From the NCBI GenBank assembly GCA_037447215.1, contig JBBIHB010000008.1:39923-103922 (forward strand): a stretch of 64,000 nucleotides of DNA, written 5' to 3'. Positions within the stretch are counted from its first letter, which is position 1. Every line of letters starts with the position of its first letter. This DNA comes from Bacteroidales bacterium (GTDB taxonomy: Bacteria; Bacteroidota; Bacteroidia; Bacteroidales; Prolixibacteraceae). The translations under genes were made by a program, and so were the position numbers. The notes below the pieces were generated by a model. That model worked only from the letters and a program-made list of their open reading frames with translations, was not told the origin of the DNA and did not search any database. Below, one piece after another: positions 1 to 10,023 of the stretch.

Positions 1-1599
1 GTAGAAATGTCTGTTTCCGCTGATGGGAGAAGGTTGATTACCGGTGGAAATAATTTTACAGGCCTATACGATTCGGCAACCATACGGACACTTAACCTTA
101 CATTCAAACAACCCGATTACTGGTCGATTATGCAAAGTAACTACAGTACGAACACCGATCTTGCTGCTACACTGGTTGTTGATGGTAAGACATACGAAAA
201 TGTAGGTGTTATGTTTAAAGGAGAAACCTCGCACCGTGAGGTTTATCGGAACTCAAAAAAGTTATCTTTCAACATATCAATGCGTTATATTCCCACCAAT
301 CAAAAGCTGATGGGATACCGGACACTCAACCTGAACAACGCATTCCAGGATCCTTCGTTTTTACGAGAAGTTTTTTACTTGCACCAGATCAGGAAACATG
401 TTCCGGCCGCAAAATCCAATTTTGTACAGCTTTTTATTAATGGCGAAAACTGGGGGCTTTACCCAAATGTTCAGCAACTGAACAAAGATTTTCTGGATGA
501 ATGGTTTTTCAGCGACGACGGGGGAAACTGGCGTGCCGAAGGCATTTCGTCAGGGGGTGTGCCAGTTCCCGGTGGTGGCGGTGGCTGGGGTAATGGAAAG
601 TCAGGTCTAAATTACCTTGGCGATAATGTCGCATTGTATCAGTCTAATTATACCCTGAAAAGCAGTGATATCGACGATCATTGGGAAAGACTTGCTGCTG
701 CATGCAAATCGCTGAATACAACACCTGCATCGCTGATGACTGAGGAAATTCCCCGCTATTTTGATATCGACAGGGTTTTATGGTTCCTTGCATGTGAGAT
801 TGCTTTTTCTGACGATGACAGCTATGTTTTTAAAGGTCAGCAGGATTACTACATTTATTATGAACCCGAACCCCAGAGAATTACTCCAATCGAATTCGAT
901 GGCAATTCAGTGATGAAAATGAATAATGCAGGCTGGAGCCCGTTTTTGAATGAGAATAAGGTAAACTACCCGCTATCGAATAAATTGCTGGCAGTGCCTC
1001 AGTACCGGCAACGATACCTGGCACACCTCCGGACCATAATCAATGAATTGTTTGACATTGCTTCGGCCAACCGGATTATTGATAATTATAAATCGCAGAT
1101 TGATGCCCTTGTTGAATCAGACCCCAAAAAATTGTATGGATATAATCAGTTTATCAATGAAATTGGAGTGCTTAAAAATTTTATAAGCACCAGACGAAAT
1201 AATCTTCTTTCCAATCCGGAAGTAGCACAGAAATCGCCGGAAATTATTGAAGTGGATTACCGGAATACCGATGGTGTGGCCTGGGTTCCACCGGTACCAA
1301 ACAGTGAGGTAATTGTAACAGCCAAAATTGCTGCATCAACCGGGATAAATCGTGTAAACCTCTATTATTCAGCATCACTGGTTGGAAATTTTTCAATAAT
1401 TCAGATGTCAGACGAAGGCAAGTACAGCGATGGCGTTTCAGGTGATGGAATTTACGGAGCCAAACTTCCCGGGCATCCCGGCGGCACTTATGTCAGATTT
1501 TATATTGAAGCTGTTTCCGATAATGCCCATCTCTCGGTTTCCTATTATCCTCCCGGCGCCGAACATGATGTATTTTTCTTTCAGGTAAAATCCGAATAA
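1..1599 (+). CDS. CotH kinase-family protein (5' end probably outside window)
   Basis: The frame is open from base 1, with no stop before the ATG at 7. The translated core resembles CotH proteins (LNLNNAFQDPSFLREVFYLHQIRKH, FINGENWGLY, DDSYVFKGQQDYYIYY). The C-terminal ~120 aa look like a beta-sandwich. Confidence 0.7.
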   Translation, partial: VEMSVSADGRRLITGGNNFTGLYDSATIRTLNLTFKQPDYWSIMQSNYSTNTDLAATLVVDGKTYENVGVMFKGETSHREVYRNSKKLSFNISMRYIPTNQKLMGYRTLNLNNAFQDPSFLREVFYLHQIRKHVPAAKSNFVQLFINGENWGLYPNVQQLNKDFLDEWFFSDDGGNWRAEGISSGGVPVPGGGGGWGNGKSGLNYLGDNVALYQSNYTLKSSDIDDHWERLAAACKSLNTTPASLMTEEIPRYFDIDRVLWFLACEIAFSDDDSYVFKGQQDYYIYYEPEPQRITPIEFDGNSVMKMNNAGWSPFLNENKVNYPLSNKLLAVPQYRQRYLAHLRTIINELFDIASANRIIDNYKSQIDALVESDPKKLYGYNQFINEIGVLKNFISTRRNNLLSNPEVAQKSPEIIEVDYRNTDGVAWVPPVPNSEVIVTAKIAASTGINRVNLYYSASLVGNFSIIQMSDEGKYSDGVSGDGIYGAKLPGHPGGTYVRFYIEAVSDNAHLSVSYYPPGAEHDVFFFQVKSE

Positions 1600-1715
1600 T
1601 CCTTTTCTGCTTAAAGAAATTTTTTTTAAAGGTTTAGATTGTTTAAATTACAATTAGTATCTTGCATCAGATTTTGAGAAGTTTATACTATACTAAGTCA
1701 ACTAATCTTAATAGG

Positions 1716-4196
1716 ATGAAACGATTAATAAACCTTTGTTTTATGATGTTAACATTCGCCAACGCAACGGCCCAGGGCCTTAAAATCAACGAACATGAGT
1801 ATTTTGAGATGCCTGGCCTCAATGTGATGGTGTTCTACGATATTTATCCTGAAGGGCATCAGGGTGCCATAGGGATTATTCAGAACGGAACCAGGGTAGC
1901 TACCAACGGCGATCTTCGCCTTGAACCTACACCCGGGCAGTGGCAGCCTATACCGAAAGTCGGCGCCCGCACCGTGGTTCCCGAAAACAATGAGGTAAAT
2001 GTGATCTGCTGGTTTCCCGATACCGCCATAAACCGCAAAGGGTTCAATCCGATTTATTACCCCGATCTGTCATTTGTATATAAAGTCCGTGTAATTGCAG
2101 AAGGGTCAAAATTCCGCATTCTGGTTGACCTTAAGGAACTGCTTCCTCCCGAATGGGAAAAACAGGTTGGATTCAACCTCGAGCTTTTTCCCGGCCTACT
2201 GTTTGGTAAAACCTGGTATCTCGATGGAAAACATGGCCTTTTCAATACGCAACCCAACGGCCCGATGGAGCAGGATATTAACGGCGACTGGCAGGCTGCC
2301 CCTATGGCGGTTGGTAATAAACTTACCATTGCCCCCGAAGAACCTGCCCAATTGATGAAAATCGAAAGTTTTGGTGAACCGCTCCAGTTACTCGATGGCC
2401 GTTTTTATCACAACAACGGATGGTATGTTGTTCGTTCACTGGTTACTCCGGGCAAAACCAAAGGCGCCGTCGAGTGGGTAATCGATGCCAACGTGCTGCC
2501 CAACTTTATTTCAAAACCGGTTGTACATGTAAGCCAGGTAGGATATCATCCGACTCAGGAAAAAATCGCCACACTCGAAGCCGATGTTTCAGTAAGCAAT
2601 CCTTCGGAATTAAAACTGATTCATTACACCAATGAAGGGGTACAAATCACAGTAAAATCAGCAATTCCTGAATTCTGGGGAAAGTTTCTGCGTTTCAATT
2701 ATTTTCAACTCAATTTTAGCGATATAACCAAAGAAGGTGTTTACCGCGTTCAGTACGAAGATTATTTATCAGAACCTTTCCGGATAGGAAATACCATTTA
2801 CGACCGCGATGTGTGGCAACCCACGCTCGAATATTTTCTGCCGGTGCAGATGTGCCACATGCGTGTAAACGAAGGTTACCGGGTCTGGCACGACCTCTGC
2901 CACATGGACGATGCCCTTATGGCGCCGGTAGATACCAACCATTTCGATGGCTATGTACAGGGGCCCTCCACCCTTACAGGCTTTAAGCCTGGCGACCAGG
3001 TGCCGGGACTCAATATCGGCGGCTGGCACGATGCCGGCGATTATGATTTGCGGGTAGAATCTCAGGCTGGTACAGTTTGGGTACTAACCATGTCGTATGA
3101 GCAGTTTAAGCCCGATTGGGACATGACCACGGTCGATCAGGAAAAGAGGATAGTCGAAATTCATTTGCCTGATGGGAAAAATGATATTTTGCAACAGATC
3201 GAGCACGGATTACTTTCCATTGTGGGTGGATATAAAAGACTGGGCAGACTATACAGGGGAATTATCTGCAACCATTTAAGACAATATGTTCTTTTGGGCG
3301 ACGGAGCGGCCATGACCGATGGCCTGAAATATAATCCTGCCTTAGGATATAATGAACGCACATGTTGCGAATCGGGGCGTCCTGACGACCGGTGGGTTTT
3401 TACAGAGAATAATCCGGCCCGCGAGGTAGAGGTTGCCCGTTCGTTGGCTGCCGCTGTCAGGGTAATGAAAGGTTTCAACGGCACGCTTGCCTTGGAGGCA
3501 CTCAATGCAGCAGAAGCCATTTATGCCGCTGCTGAACCTGCTGGAAACCGAAGGATTCTGAACAACAAAATTAAAGCTGCAGTTGAACTGTTGATAACCA
3601 CGAATGATAAACGGTATGCCGGCGACCTCACCAAAATGTTAACTGATGAAGTGTTGCGGGATAGTGATGTAGCCGCCCATGTTGGCAGGGTATTGCCGAT
3701 ACTCAATAATTCCAATCTTACGGCTATGGCAACAGAAGCCGTTAAGGCATACCGCCGCGAGGTGGAAAAACTTCAGCGAGAGAACCCGTTTGGCGTTCCT
3801 TACCGTCCACATATCTGGGGCGATGGCTGGAATATCCAGAATTTTGGAGTCAGGCAATATTTCCTGCAAAGGTATTATCCCGATATTTTCGATGCCCGGT
3901 ATATGCTTAACGCTTTAAATTTTGTTTTAGGGAACCACCCAGGAGAGAATACCTCCTCGTTTGTTTCAGGCGTAGGAAGCCGTTCGGTAACAGTGGCTTA
4001 CGGTGTCAATCGCGCCGACTGGTCTTTTATTCCCGGAGGATCAGTTTCTGGTACAGGAATAATCCGTCCTGATTTTCCGGAACTGAAAGTGTGGCCATTC
4101 TTCTGGCAGCAAACTGAATATGTAATGGGTGGGGGCGCTACCAATTTTATGTTTTTGGCACTGGCCGCGAAGGAATTGTTCCGAAATACACGGTAA
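1716..4196 (+). CDS. Glycoside hydrolase family 9 protein with N-terminal Ig-like domain, secreted
   Basis: The track ORF starts at TTG 1662. ATG 1716 gives a clean signal peptide (MKRLINLCFMMLTFANATAQ). There is an Ig-like CelD_N-type segment (VVHVSQVGYHPTQEK) and the GH9 signature GGWHDAGDYDLRVESQ. Confidence 0.85.
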   Translation: MKRLINLCFMMLTFANATAQGLKINEHEYFEMPGLNVMVFYDIYPEGHQGAIGIIQNGTRVATNGDLRLEPTPGQWQPIPKVGARTVVPENNEVNVICWFPDTAINRKGFNPIYYPDLSFVYKVRVIAEGSKFRILVDLKELLPPEWEKQVGFNLELFPGLLFGKTWYLDGKHGLFNTQPNGPMEQDINGDWQAAPMAVGNKLTIAPEEPAQLMKIESFGEPLQLLDGRFYHNNGWYVVRSLVTPGKTKGAVEWVIDANVLPNFISKPVVHVSQVGYHPTQEKIATLEADVSVSNPSELKLIHYTNEGVQITVKSAIPEFWGKFLRFNYFQLNFSDITKEGVYRVQYEDYLSEPFRIGNTIYDRDVWQPTLEYFLPVQMCHMRVNEGYRVWHDLCHMDDALMAPVDTNHFDGYVQGPSTLTGFKPGDQVPGLNIGGWHDAGDYDLRVESQAGTVWVLTMSYEQFKPDWDMTTVDQEKRIVEIHLPDGKNDILQQIEHGLLSIVGGYKRLGRLYRGIICNHLRQYVLLGDGAAMTDGLKYNPALGYNERTCCESGRPDDRWVFTENNPAREVEVARSLAAAVRVMKGFNGTLALEALNAAEAIYAAAEPAGNRRILNNKIKAAVELLITTNDKRYAGDLTKMLTDEVLRDSDVAAHVGRVLPILNNSNLTAMATEAVKAYRREVEKLQRENPFGVPYRPHIWGDGWNIQNFGVRQYFLQRYYPDIFDARYMLNALNFVLGNHPGENTSSFVSGVGSRSVTVAYGVNRADWSFIPGGSVSGTGIIRPDFPELKVWPFFWQQTEYVMGGGATNFMFLALAAKELFRNTR

Positions 4197-4350
4197 ACCT
4201 ACATTCGGCAACCAGGGGTGAATGCTTCGGCGCCAACCTGCCACATCCCTGGAAGTTACAGTGTATTTGATTTTTACTGCTGTAATTCACATAATTCTCA
4301 AAAAACTTTATCTGGTCGTCTTAAATTATTCCAGATTAGTGTTTCATCTG

Positions 4351-4460
4351 TATAAATTGTTTTGATTTTTAATGGTCAGATGGAATCACTATGAGGCACG
4401 TTATTCATTCCGGTTTGTGTTTTGCTAATCATGGTGATTTCATATTTGTAAAAATCTCAG
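4351..4460 (+). repeat. Copy A of a ~107-nt intergenic element (paired with 10024..10130)
   Basis: By eye, about 80% identical to 10024..10130 in the same orientation. A 15-bp stem pairs 4380-4394 with 4429-4443. Both copies are preceded by GTTTCAT. Confidence 0.7.
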
Positions 4461-4493
4461 AGGGTTCAGTTTATCAAGCTCCATGGCTCCCTG

Positions 4494-4783
4494 ATGTTAA
4501 GGTACACATTAAATCTTATTATAAGGATAGTATTACAGTTAACAAGTCGTCAGTTCAGGGAAAAACAAAAAGCATTTTTCGATCTGGCCGATAGGGGGGA
4601 AAAGATAATTATAAGAAGGGCAATAAAAAATCTTAGATATTGACTTCTGTCGATGACGATGATTTGTATTTTACCACTGAAATGCTGGCGAAAATTGATC
4701 ACTCTGTTCAGCAAGCAAAAGAGGGAAAAGTTATTCCTATAATCACTGATGAGGAACTTGCCAATTTTTTGAATGCTTTGTAA
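4494..4783 (+). pseudogene. Phd/YefM-like type II antitoxin remnant (frameshift plus in-frame TAG), with no toxin partner
   Basis: The first frame reads ...VLQLTSRQFREKQKAFFDLADRGEKIIIRR up to ~4619. The shifted frame continues GNKKS*ILTSVDDDDLYFTTEMLAKIDHSVQQAKEGKVIPIITDEELANFLNAL, with a TAG at 4634-4636. Joined, the two parts resemble an ~85-aa antitoxin. Confidence 0.45.
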
Positions 4784-4805
4784 AATGAATTAAAAATTAT
4801 GAAAA

Positions 4806-5786
4806 CTAACCCTTAAGCCTGTCCTGAATAATGCCGGTTAAAACTTCCCTCAGGGTTTTTCCCATAGCGGCAATCTGCTGGGGGATAAAACTGGTGGCGG
4901 TCATGCCGGGTGTGGTATTTACTTCCAGAAAATAAAATTCGCCATTGCTCAGAATATAATCAATACGCACAATTCCTTCGCAGCCACACCAATCGTAAAT
5001 GCGGGCGCTCAGTTGCTGACATTCCTTGAAAAGGTTTTCGGGCAGCCGCGCCGGGGTGATCTCGTCGGTGGCGCCGGGGGTGTATTTGGCTTCAAAATCG
5101 AAAAATTCGTTTTTGGGCAGCACTTCGGTTACCGGAAATATTATCAGTTCGCCATTCAACCGGGCCAGTCCGCAGGTATATTCAGTACCTGCAATAAACT
5201 CATCAACCAATGCCTCCCGGCTTTCGGTCCAGGCATGTTCAATGGCCTCTTTCAACTTTTCTTCCGATTTTACTTTGGTAACCCCGAAACTTGAGCCACC
5301 TGCGTTGGGCTTCACAAACAGGGGCAAACCCAATTTTCCGGACAGTTGCTTTGTATCTATGGTATTGCCGGCAGTAAGCCTAACCGAACGGGCCATTTTT
5401 ACCCCAAAACTGCGCAGGAAATTGCTGCAGTGCCATTTATTGAATGTCAGCCCCGATACCTGTACATTGCAGGTAGAGTAAGGGATGCCGAGTAGTTCAA
5501 AATAGCCCTGAAGGATACCGTCTTCGCCCGGTGTACCATGGATGGTGATATAAGCAAAATCGGGTAAAACCTTCTTCCCGTTTATCCCAAAACTGAAGTC
5601 CGATTTGTTAACTTCTGCTATGGCCTGCCCGTTTTCAATCACCTGCCAGTTTTCTTTGGTCAGATGTATCAACCACGGGGTAAACAAGTCCGGATCAATG
5701 GCCTCAAAAACGTTTTTACCGCTTCTTACCGATACCTGGTATTCGGACGAATAACCTCCGGCTATAACTGCAACATTGGGTTTCAT
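4806..5786 (-). CDS. ddl: D-alanine--D-alanine ligase
   Basis: 326 aa with an ATP-grasp fold. Motifs include VAVIAGGYSSEYQVS, IHGTPGEDGILQG, LPLFVKPNAGGSSFG and FLEVNTTPGMT. Confidence 0.95.
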   Translation of the reverse strand: MKPNVAVIAGGYSSEYQVSVRSGKNVFEAIDPDLFTPWLIHLTKENWQVIENGQAIAEVNKSDFSFGINGKKVLPDFAYITIHGTPGEDGILQGYFELLGIPYSTCNVQVSGLTFNKWHCSNFLRSFGVKMARSVRLTAGNTIDTKQLSGKLGLPLFVKPNAGGSSFGVTKVKSEEKLKEAIEHAWTESREALVDEFIAGTEYTCGLARLNGELIIFPVTEVLPKNEFFDFEAKYTPGATDEITPARLPENLFKECQQLSARIYDWCGCEGIVRIDYILSNGEFYFLEVNTTPGMTATSFIPQQIAAMGKTLREVLTGIIQDRLKG

Positions 5787-5795
5787 TTTGGTTAA

Positions 5796-6845
5796 TTAAG
5801 TGATTTCTCGGTTAGCAATATAATTTCTCCATTTTTCCACTACAGCCAGCATATCATCGGGTAATTCCGATTCAAACATCATAGCTTTTCCGGTGGTTGG
5901 GTGCAGGAACCCCAGTGATTTGGCATGGAGTGCCTGCCGGGGCAACATCTGGAAACAGTTATGCACAAACTGCCTGTATTTCGAAAAAGTGGTTCCCCTT
6001 AAAATCTGGTCGCCCCCATAGGTTGAATCGTTGAACAGCGGATGGCCGATGTATTTCATGTGGACCCTGATCTGGTGCGTCCGCCCTGTTTCCAGCTGAC
6101 ATTCAATCAGGTTTACATATCCCAACCGTTCAATCACTTTATAATGGGTTACGGCAGGTTTTCCGTGGTCGCTTTCTGGAAACACCTTGAATATCTGGCG
6201 GTTGCTCAGGCTGCGCCCGATATTTCCGGTTATTGTACCCTTGTTTTCCTTAAGGTTTCCCCAAACCAGTGCCACATATTTTCTGAACGATGTTTTTTCG
6301 AAGAATTGAATGGCCAGGCTGTTTTTGGCCAGTTCGGTTTTGGCGATCACCAGCAACCCCGAAGTGTCCTTATCGATCCGGTGCACCAGGCCCGGACGGG
6401 TGTCGCCGGAATTGAACAGAGGCAAATCGTTGAGGTAGTGCGACAGGGCATTCACCAATGTACCGCTGTAATTGCCATGTCCGGGGTGGACTACAAGGCC
6501 GGGGGGTTTATTGATTACCATCAGGTCGTCGTCTTCGTAAACAATATCCAGCGGGATTTCTTCAGGGATAATTTTCAGTTCGCGTTTGGGGTAATCCATA
6601 ACTACCACAACGGTATCGCCGGGTTTTACCTTATAGTTTGCTTTTACCTGAACGTTGTTTACAAGGATATTGCCGGCATCGGCTGCTGCCTGGATACGGC
6701 TTCGGGAGGCTTTGTCGATCCTGTTGGCCAGAAACTTATCCACCCTGATCATTGATTGACCCGGATCGGCTACCAGCCTGAAATGCTCATACAATTCATT
6801 TTCTTCCAGGCCTTCGGCATCGTCAAAATCTCTTTCTTCTTTCAT
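5796..6845 (-). CDS. rluD: RluD/RluA-family 23S rRNA pseudouridine synthase with S4 domain
   Basis: N-terminal S4-like segment (RVDKFLANRI..SRSRIQ). Catalytic motif HRIDKDTSGLLVIAK and the RTHQIRVH motif are present. Confidence 0.9.
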   Translation of the reverse strand: MKEERDFDDAEGLEENELYEHFRLVADPGQSMIRVDKFLANRIDKASRSRIQAAADAGNILVNNVQVKANYKVKPGDTVVVVMDYPKRELKIIPEEIPLDIVYEDDDLMVINKPPGLVVHPGHGNYSGTLVNALSHYLNDLPLFNSGDTRPGLVHRIDKDTSGLLVIAKTELAKNSLAIQFFEKTSFRKYVALVWGNLKENKGTITGNIGRSLSNRQIFKVFPESDHGKPAVTHYKVIERLGYVNLIECQLETGRTHQIRVHMKYIGHPLFNDSTYGGDQILRGTTFSKYRQFVHNCFQMLPRQALHAKSLGFLHPTTGKAMMFESELPDDMLAVVEKWRNYIANREIT

Positions 6846-6848
6846 TCC

Positions 6849-7679
6849 TTAAAAGTCAAGGTCTTCTTCTGTTTCCTTGTTTTCGGGATTGTTTTCAATG
6901 AACTTGCTTTCATCGGTGGTAACCCACAAATCGATTGATGTCCCGGCATGAACATTCAGCACCGATCTGTAATCGGGGTGCTGGCGCCACACACGTGCCA
7001 GCATGCTGTCGGTACGGCTGAAAATAGTATTATCGTAAATTACTGCGCCTAAACTAAGTATCGAATGGGCAATAATCTGTCTGGCATCCTGTAATGTCAA
7101 GCCGGTAACATTGGGAAGAAAAACAAGCTCCATTTCTTCTCCCGAACCTACTACCAAATCGACCCTTGTGCCTTTTGCCACCATTTCGCCAGTAACCACT
7201 TCGCGCCCGCCGATGGTAGCTTGTAACACCAGGTTTCTGAATTCTGAAGGCTTATAAGTTATATCGCCTGGTATCAAACCGGCTGATTCGATCTGGGCAA
7301 GGCTCTGCCGCAGCGAAATATCGGTCAGTGGAGGTATGGCAATCTGTTCAGGGGCAATTGCGTTAATAGTCAGAAAAAGCTTACGGTTACGTTTTACGCG
7401 GAGTCCTGCATCTGGTACCTGGTCCACAACACCTCCGGCAACCATTTCTTCAACATAAGTACTGTCGGTTATAATGTATTTCAGGTGTTGCTGGTCAAGT
7501 ATCCGGCTGAATTCATACTCGGTAAGTCCTTTGAGGTCAGGAACGGGAATGGACTCACCATGCCTGGTGTAAAGTTTCAGGGAATTCAGGATCAGAAAAA
7601 CTGCAAATGAGGTTATGCCAACTGCTAAGGCAAAATGCCTGAAGAATATTTTGCTGGTTAGAAAATTTCTGATGCTCAT
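6849..7679 (-). CDS. PASTA domain-containing membrane protein
   Basis: One N-terminal TM helix followed by three PASTA-like repeats (VPDLKG..., IPPLTD..., LPNVTGLTLQDA). The PASTA-rluD-ddl order is typical of Bacteroidota. Confidence 0.8.
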   Translation of the reverse strand: MSIRNFLTSKIFFRHFALAVGITSFAVFLILNSLKLYTRHGESIPVPDLKGLTEYEFSRILDQQHLKYIITDSTYVEEMVAGGVVDQVPDAGLRVKRNRKLFLTINAIAPEQIAIPPLTDISLRQSLAQIESAGLIPGDITYKPSEFRNLVLQATIGGREVVTGEMVAKGTRVDLVVGSGEEMELVFLPNVTGLTLQDARQIIAHSILSLGAVIYDNTIFSRTDSMLARVWRQHPDYRSVLNVHAGTSIDLWVTTDESKFIENNPENKETEEDLDF

Positions 7680-7725
7680 TTGTTAAAAAATTGTGACCTG
7701 ATTCGCAAAGTTAATTAGGAATAAA

Positions 7726-7759
7726 CACAAAAAGGTAAGGAATTATTGCTCCTTACCTT
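7726..7759 (-). terminator. Rho-independent terminator downstream of rpmH
   Basis: A perfect 10-bp stem, AAGGTAAGGA (7732-7741) with TCCTTACCTT (7750-7759), and an 8-nt loop. It is followed on the minus strand by TTTTTGTGTTT. Confidence 0.7.
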
Positions 7760-7788
7760 TCCGGTGAGTAAAAACATCAGCAATAAAA

Positions 7789-7947
7789 TTATTTTTTATG
7801 CCGTGGTTCGTCAGAAACGGTCAGTTTTTTTCTTCCTTTTGCACGACGGGCCTTCAGAACTTTGCGGCCATTAGCCGTTGACATCCTTTCCCTGAACCCG
7901 TGCTTGTTCCTTCTTTTCCTGTTCGATGGTTGAAATGTTCTTTTCAT
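7789..7947 (-). CDS. rpmH: 50S ribosomal protein L34
   Basis: Not in the ORF track because it is under 60 aa. The minus-strand translation is [52 protein letters not shown] (52 aa), the canonical L34 sequence. Confidence 0.92.
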   Translation of the reverse strand: MKRTFQPSNRKRRNKHGFRERMSTANGRKVLKARRAKGRKKLTVSDEPRHKK

Positions 7948-7992
7948 CGCTATATATTTACCTGATTGATTATTCTTTTATTTTTCGGACTA

Positions 7993-8000
7993 CAAAAATA
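7993..8000 (-). promoter_or_regulatory. Bacteroidota -7 box (TAnnTTTG) upstream of rpmH
   Basis: The minus strand reads TATTTTTG, 46 nt upstream of the rpmH ATG. Confidence 0.4.
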
Positions 8001-8039
8001 GGTTAATTTTCAATATTACCAAAGTAGATAGTAAGATTT

Positions 8040-8747
8040 TCAGGATTGATCGGATTTCACCGAAAACCTGAACCCAATTCCATGCAGGTTAACTATTTTA
8101 ATATTGGGGTCGTGTGCGAAATACTTCCTGAGCCTCGAAATAAAAACATCTAGGCTTCTTCCAAGAAAATAATCATTTGAGCCCCAAACCCTGTTCAGGA
8201 TTTCGTCCCTGTTGAGCACTGTATTCTGATGATTGGCAAACAGCTTTATCAAATCGGCCTCTTTAAGGGTTAAGCGTCGTTCATATTCGGTATGTTTCAG
8301 CAATAATTCCTCTTCAATAAAAACATAATTTCCGATGATGATTTCGTTTTTAAAATGATTTGCCGATGTTGAATGGCTCCTTTTTAGGAAAATTTTCATT
8401 TTCAGGAGCAATTCTTCCATGCTGAACGGTTTTGTAATATAGTCATCACCACCGATAGTTAGCCCTGCAATTTTATCTTCGGTCATAGAGCGGGCGGTTA
8501 GGAAAAGGATGGGTACCTGTTCATCCGTTTTCCTGATCTCCTTTGCCACAGAAAACCCATCAACACGGGGCAACATAACATCGAGCAGAATCAGGGCAAA
8601 GTTACCTGAACGGAAAAATTTTAATGCTTTTTCGCCATCTTCGGCAACTGTTACATTGTAATTGTTCTGCTCCAGGTTATCGCGGATGATGAAGATTAAA
8701 GCCGGGTCATCTTCGACCAACAGAACGGGAAATCTGATTTCATTCAT
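8040..8747 (-). CDS. OmpR/PhoB-family response regulator
   Basis: REC domain (LLVEDDPAL...LDVMLPRVDG...KPF) plus a winged-helix output (LTLKEADLIKLF...VWG...SLDVFISRLRK). It overlaps the upstream kinase gene by 8 nt. Confidence 0.9.
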   Translation of the reverse strand: MNEIRFPVLLVEDDPALIFIIRDNLEQNNYNVTVAEDGEKALKFFRSGNFALILLDVMLPRVDGFSVAKEIRKTDEQVPILFLTARSMTEDKIAGLTIGGDDYITKPFSMEELLLKMKIFLKRSHSTSANHFKNEIIIGNYVFIEEELLLKHTEYERRLTLKEADLIKLFANHQNTVLNRDEILNRVWGSNDYFLGRSLDVFISRLRKYFAHDPNIKIVNLHGIGFRFSVKSDQS

Positions 8748-10020
8748 GGTTATGCGGTATTATCAAGGTAAATATACTTCCTCCGGAGGGATTTTCGGTT
8801 ACAGTAATTCTCCAACGATGGGCTTTCACAAGTTTGGCCACATAATCGAGACCAAGTCCGAATCCCTTTACATCGTGCACATTACCGGTATGTATCCGGT
8901 AAAATTTTCTGAAGATTTTCTTCCGCGCTTCTCGTGGTATTCCAATTCCATTATCAATAACCGAAAGATGTATATGCCTCCTTTTTTCAAATATCCTGAT
9001 CTCTGTTATGGGTTGTGTTTTACAATATTTGACAGCATTTTCAAGAATATTTTGCAGGATATTTCCCAAATGAAAAGGATCGGCCCAAATAAAAACCTCA
9101 TTGGCTGGAAAATTTAACCTGAATTCAGCAACTGAGCCTATTTCCGATTGCCTGAAGCGCGATACGGTTGCTTTAATAAATGCCCCTAGTCCTATTTGTT
9201 CATTTACCAACTGTATCTTATTTTTCTCTAAGGTAGCCAGGCTAAGTACTTTTTCAACATTTTTTGCCAACCGGTTACTTTGCTCATTAATAATCCTGAC
9301 ATAATTGAACAACCTTTCAGGTGTTTCGAGGATTTTTTCACTGCTCAGGACCTGTGCCGCAAGCCCGATGGATGATATGGGCGTTTTCAGTTCATGTGTC
9401 AGGTTGTTGATAAATACTTTCTGTATTTCTGATAGCTGTCGTTGCTTGATAATAACCCAGAGTGAATATCCGAAAAATGTGAGAACAACCACGAGCAGGC
9501 TTGTCATAAAGTACCATCCCTTCAGGCGTTCACGGATATAAGGTTTTATGGTTGGAAAATTGACCACAAAATAGTGGGTATATTTTTTCGATTTGGGAAA
9601 AAATAATGCAGGGGTATGCCTGCACGAATCTTCACCAGGACATACAAATTCAATATATTGCATGGTGTCGGTGTCAGGATCGTAAACAACATATTCGAAA
9701 TTGATGTTGAGGGCATGTCGTTTAAACTGCTCCCGGATTTGTTCCTTAAGTACTTCCGGGTCGATAAAATAGTTCACATTTACCAGGTAATAATTTCTTG
9801 AATAGCGCTCAACTGGCTCAATGTTATCGAAACGGGGAGTCTGACCAGCCGATTCAAGTATTTGCCAGGCTACTTCCCTGAGTGCAACGGTGACAGTTTC
9901 GTTAAATTGCTGCTCATTTATATCATAGGTGTTTTTCAGGATACCAAATTGAATAAAAAATATTCCTGCAATAGAAAATACTGCCAGGATGATTATATAT
10001 TTTAATGCATTACGTTTCAT
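8740..10020 (-). CDS. Sensor histidine kinase
   Basis: Two TM helices, the H-box NLTHELKTPISSI, and an HATPase_c domain (NILENAVKY, DNGIGIP, GFGLGL). Confidence 0.9.
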   Translation of the reverse strand: MKRNALKYIIILAVFSIAGIFFIQFGILKNTYDINEQQFNETVTVALREVAWQILESAGQTPRFDNIEPVERYSRNYYLVNVNYFIDPEVLKEQIREQFKRHALNINFEYVVYDPDTDTMQYIEFVCPGEDSCRHTPALFFPKSKKYTHYFVVNFPTIKPYIRERLKGWYFMTSLLVVVLTFFGYSLWVIIKQRQLSEIQKVFINNLTHELKTPISSIGLAAQVLSSEKILETPERLFNYVRIINEQSNRLAKNVEKVLSLATLEKNKIQLVNEQIGLGAFIKATVSRFRQSEIGSVAEFRLNFPANEVFIWADPFHLGNILQNILENAVKYCKTQPITEIRIFEKRRHIHLSVIDNGIGIPREARKKIFRKFYRIHTGNVHDVKGFGLGLDYVAKLVKAHRWRITVTENPSGGSIFTLIIPHNHE

Positions 10021-10023
10021 CCC

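Noticed and set aside
4391-4594. 67-aa ORF starting inside repeat copy A
   Set aside because: Only the first 11 codons are shared with copy B, where the frame then stops. The remainder overlaps the antitoxin-like remnant in another frame. It is most likely not a real gene.
6042-6755. Long antisense ORFs inside well-supported genes (also 24552-25331, 52519-53128, 53735-54202, 44606-45052 and others)
   Set aside because: They are shadow ORFs opposite genes with clear family signatures. Their products are low-complexity or compositionally odd and have no motifs.
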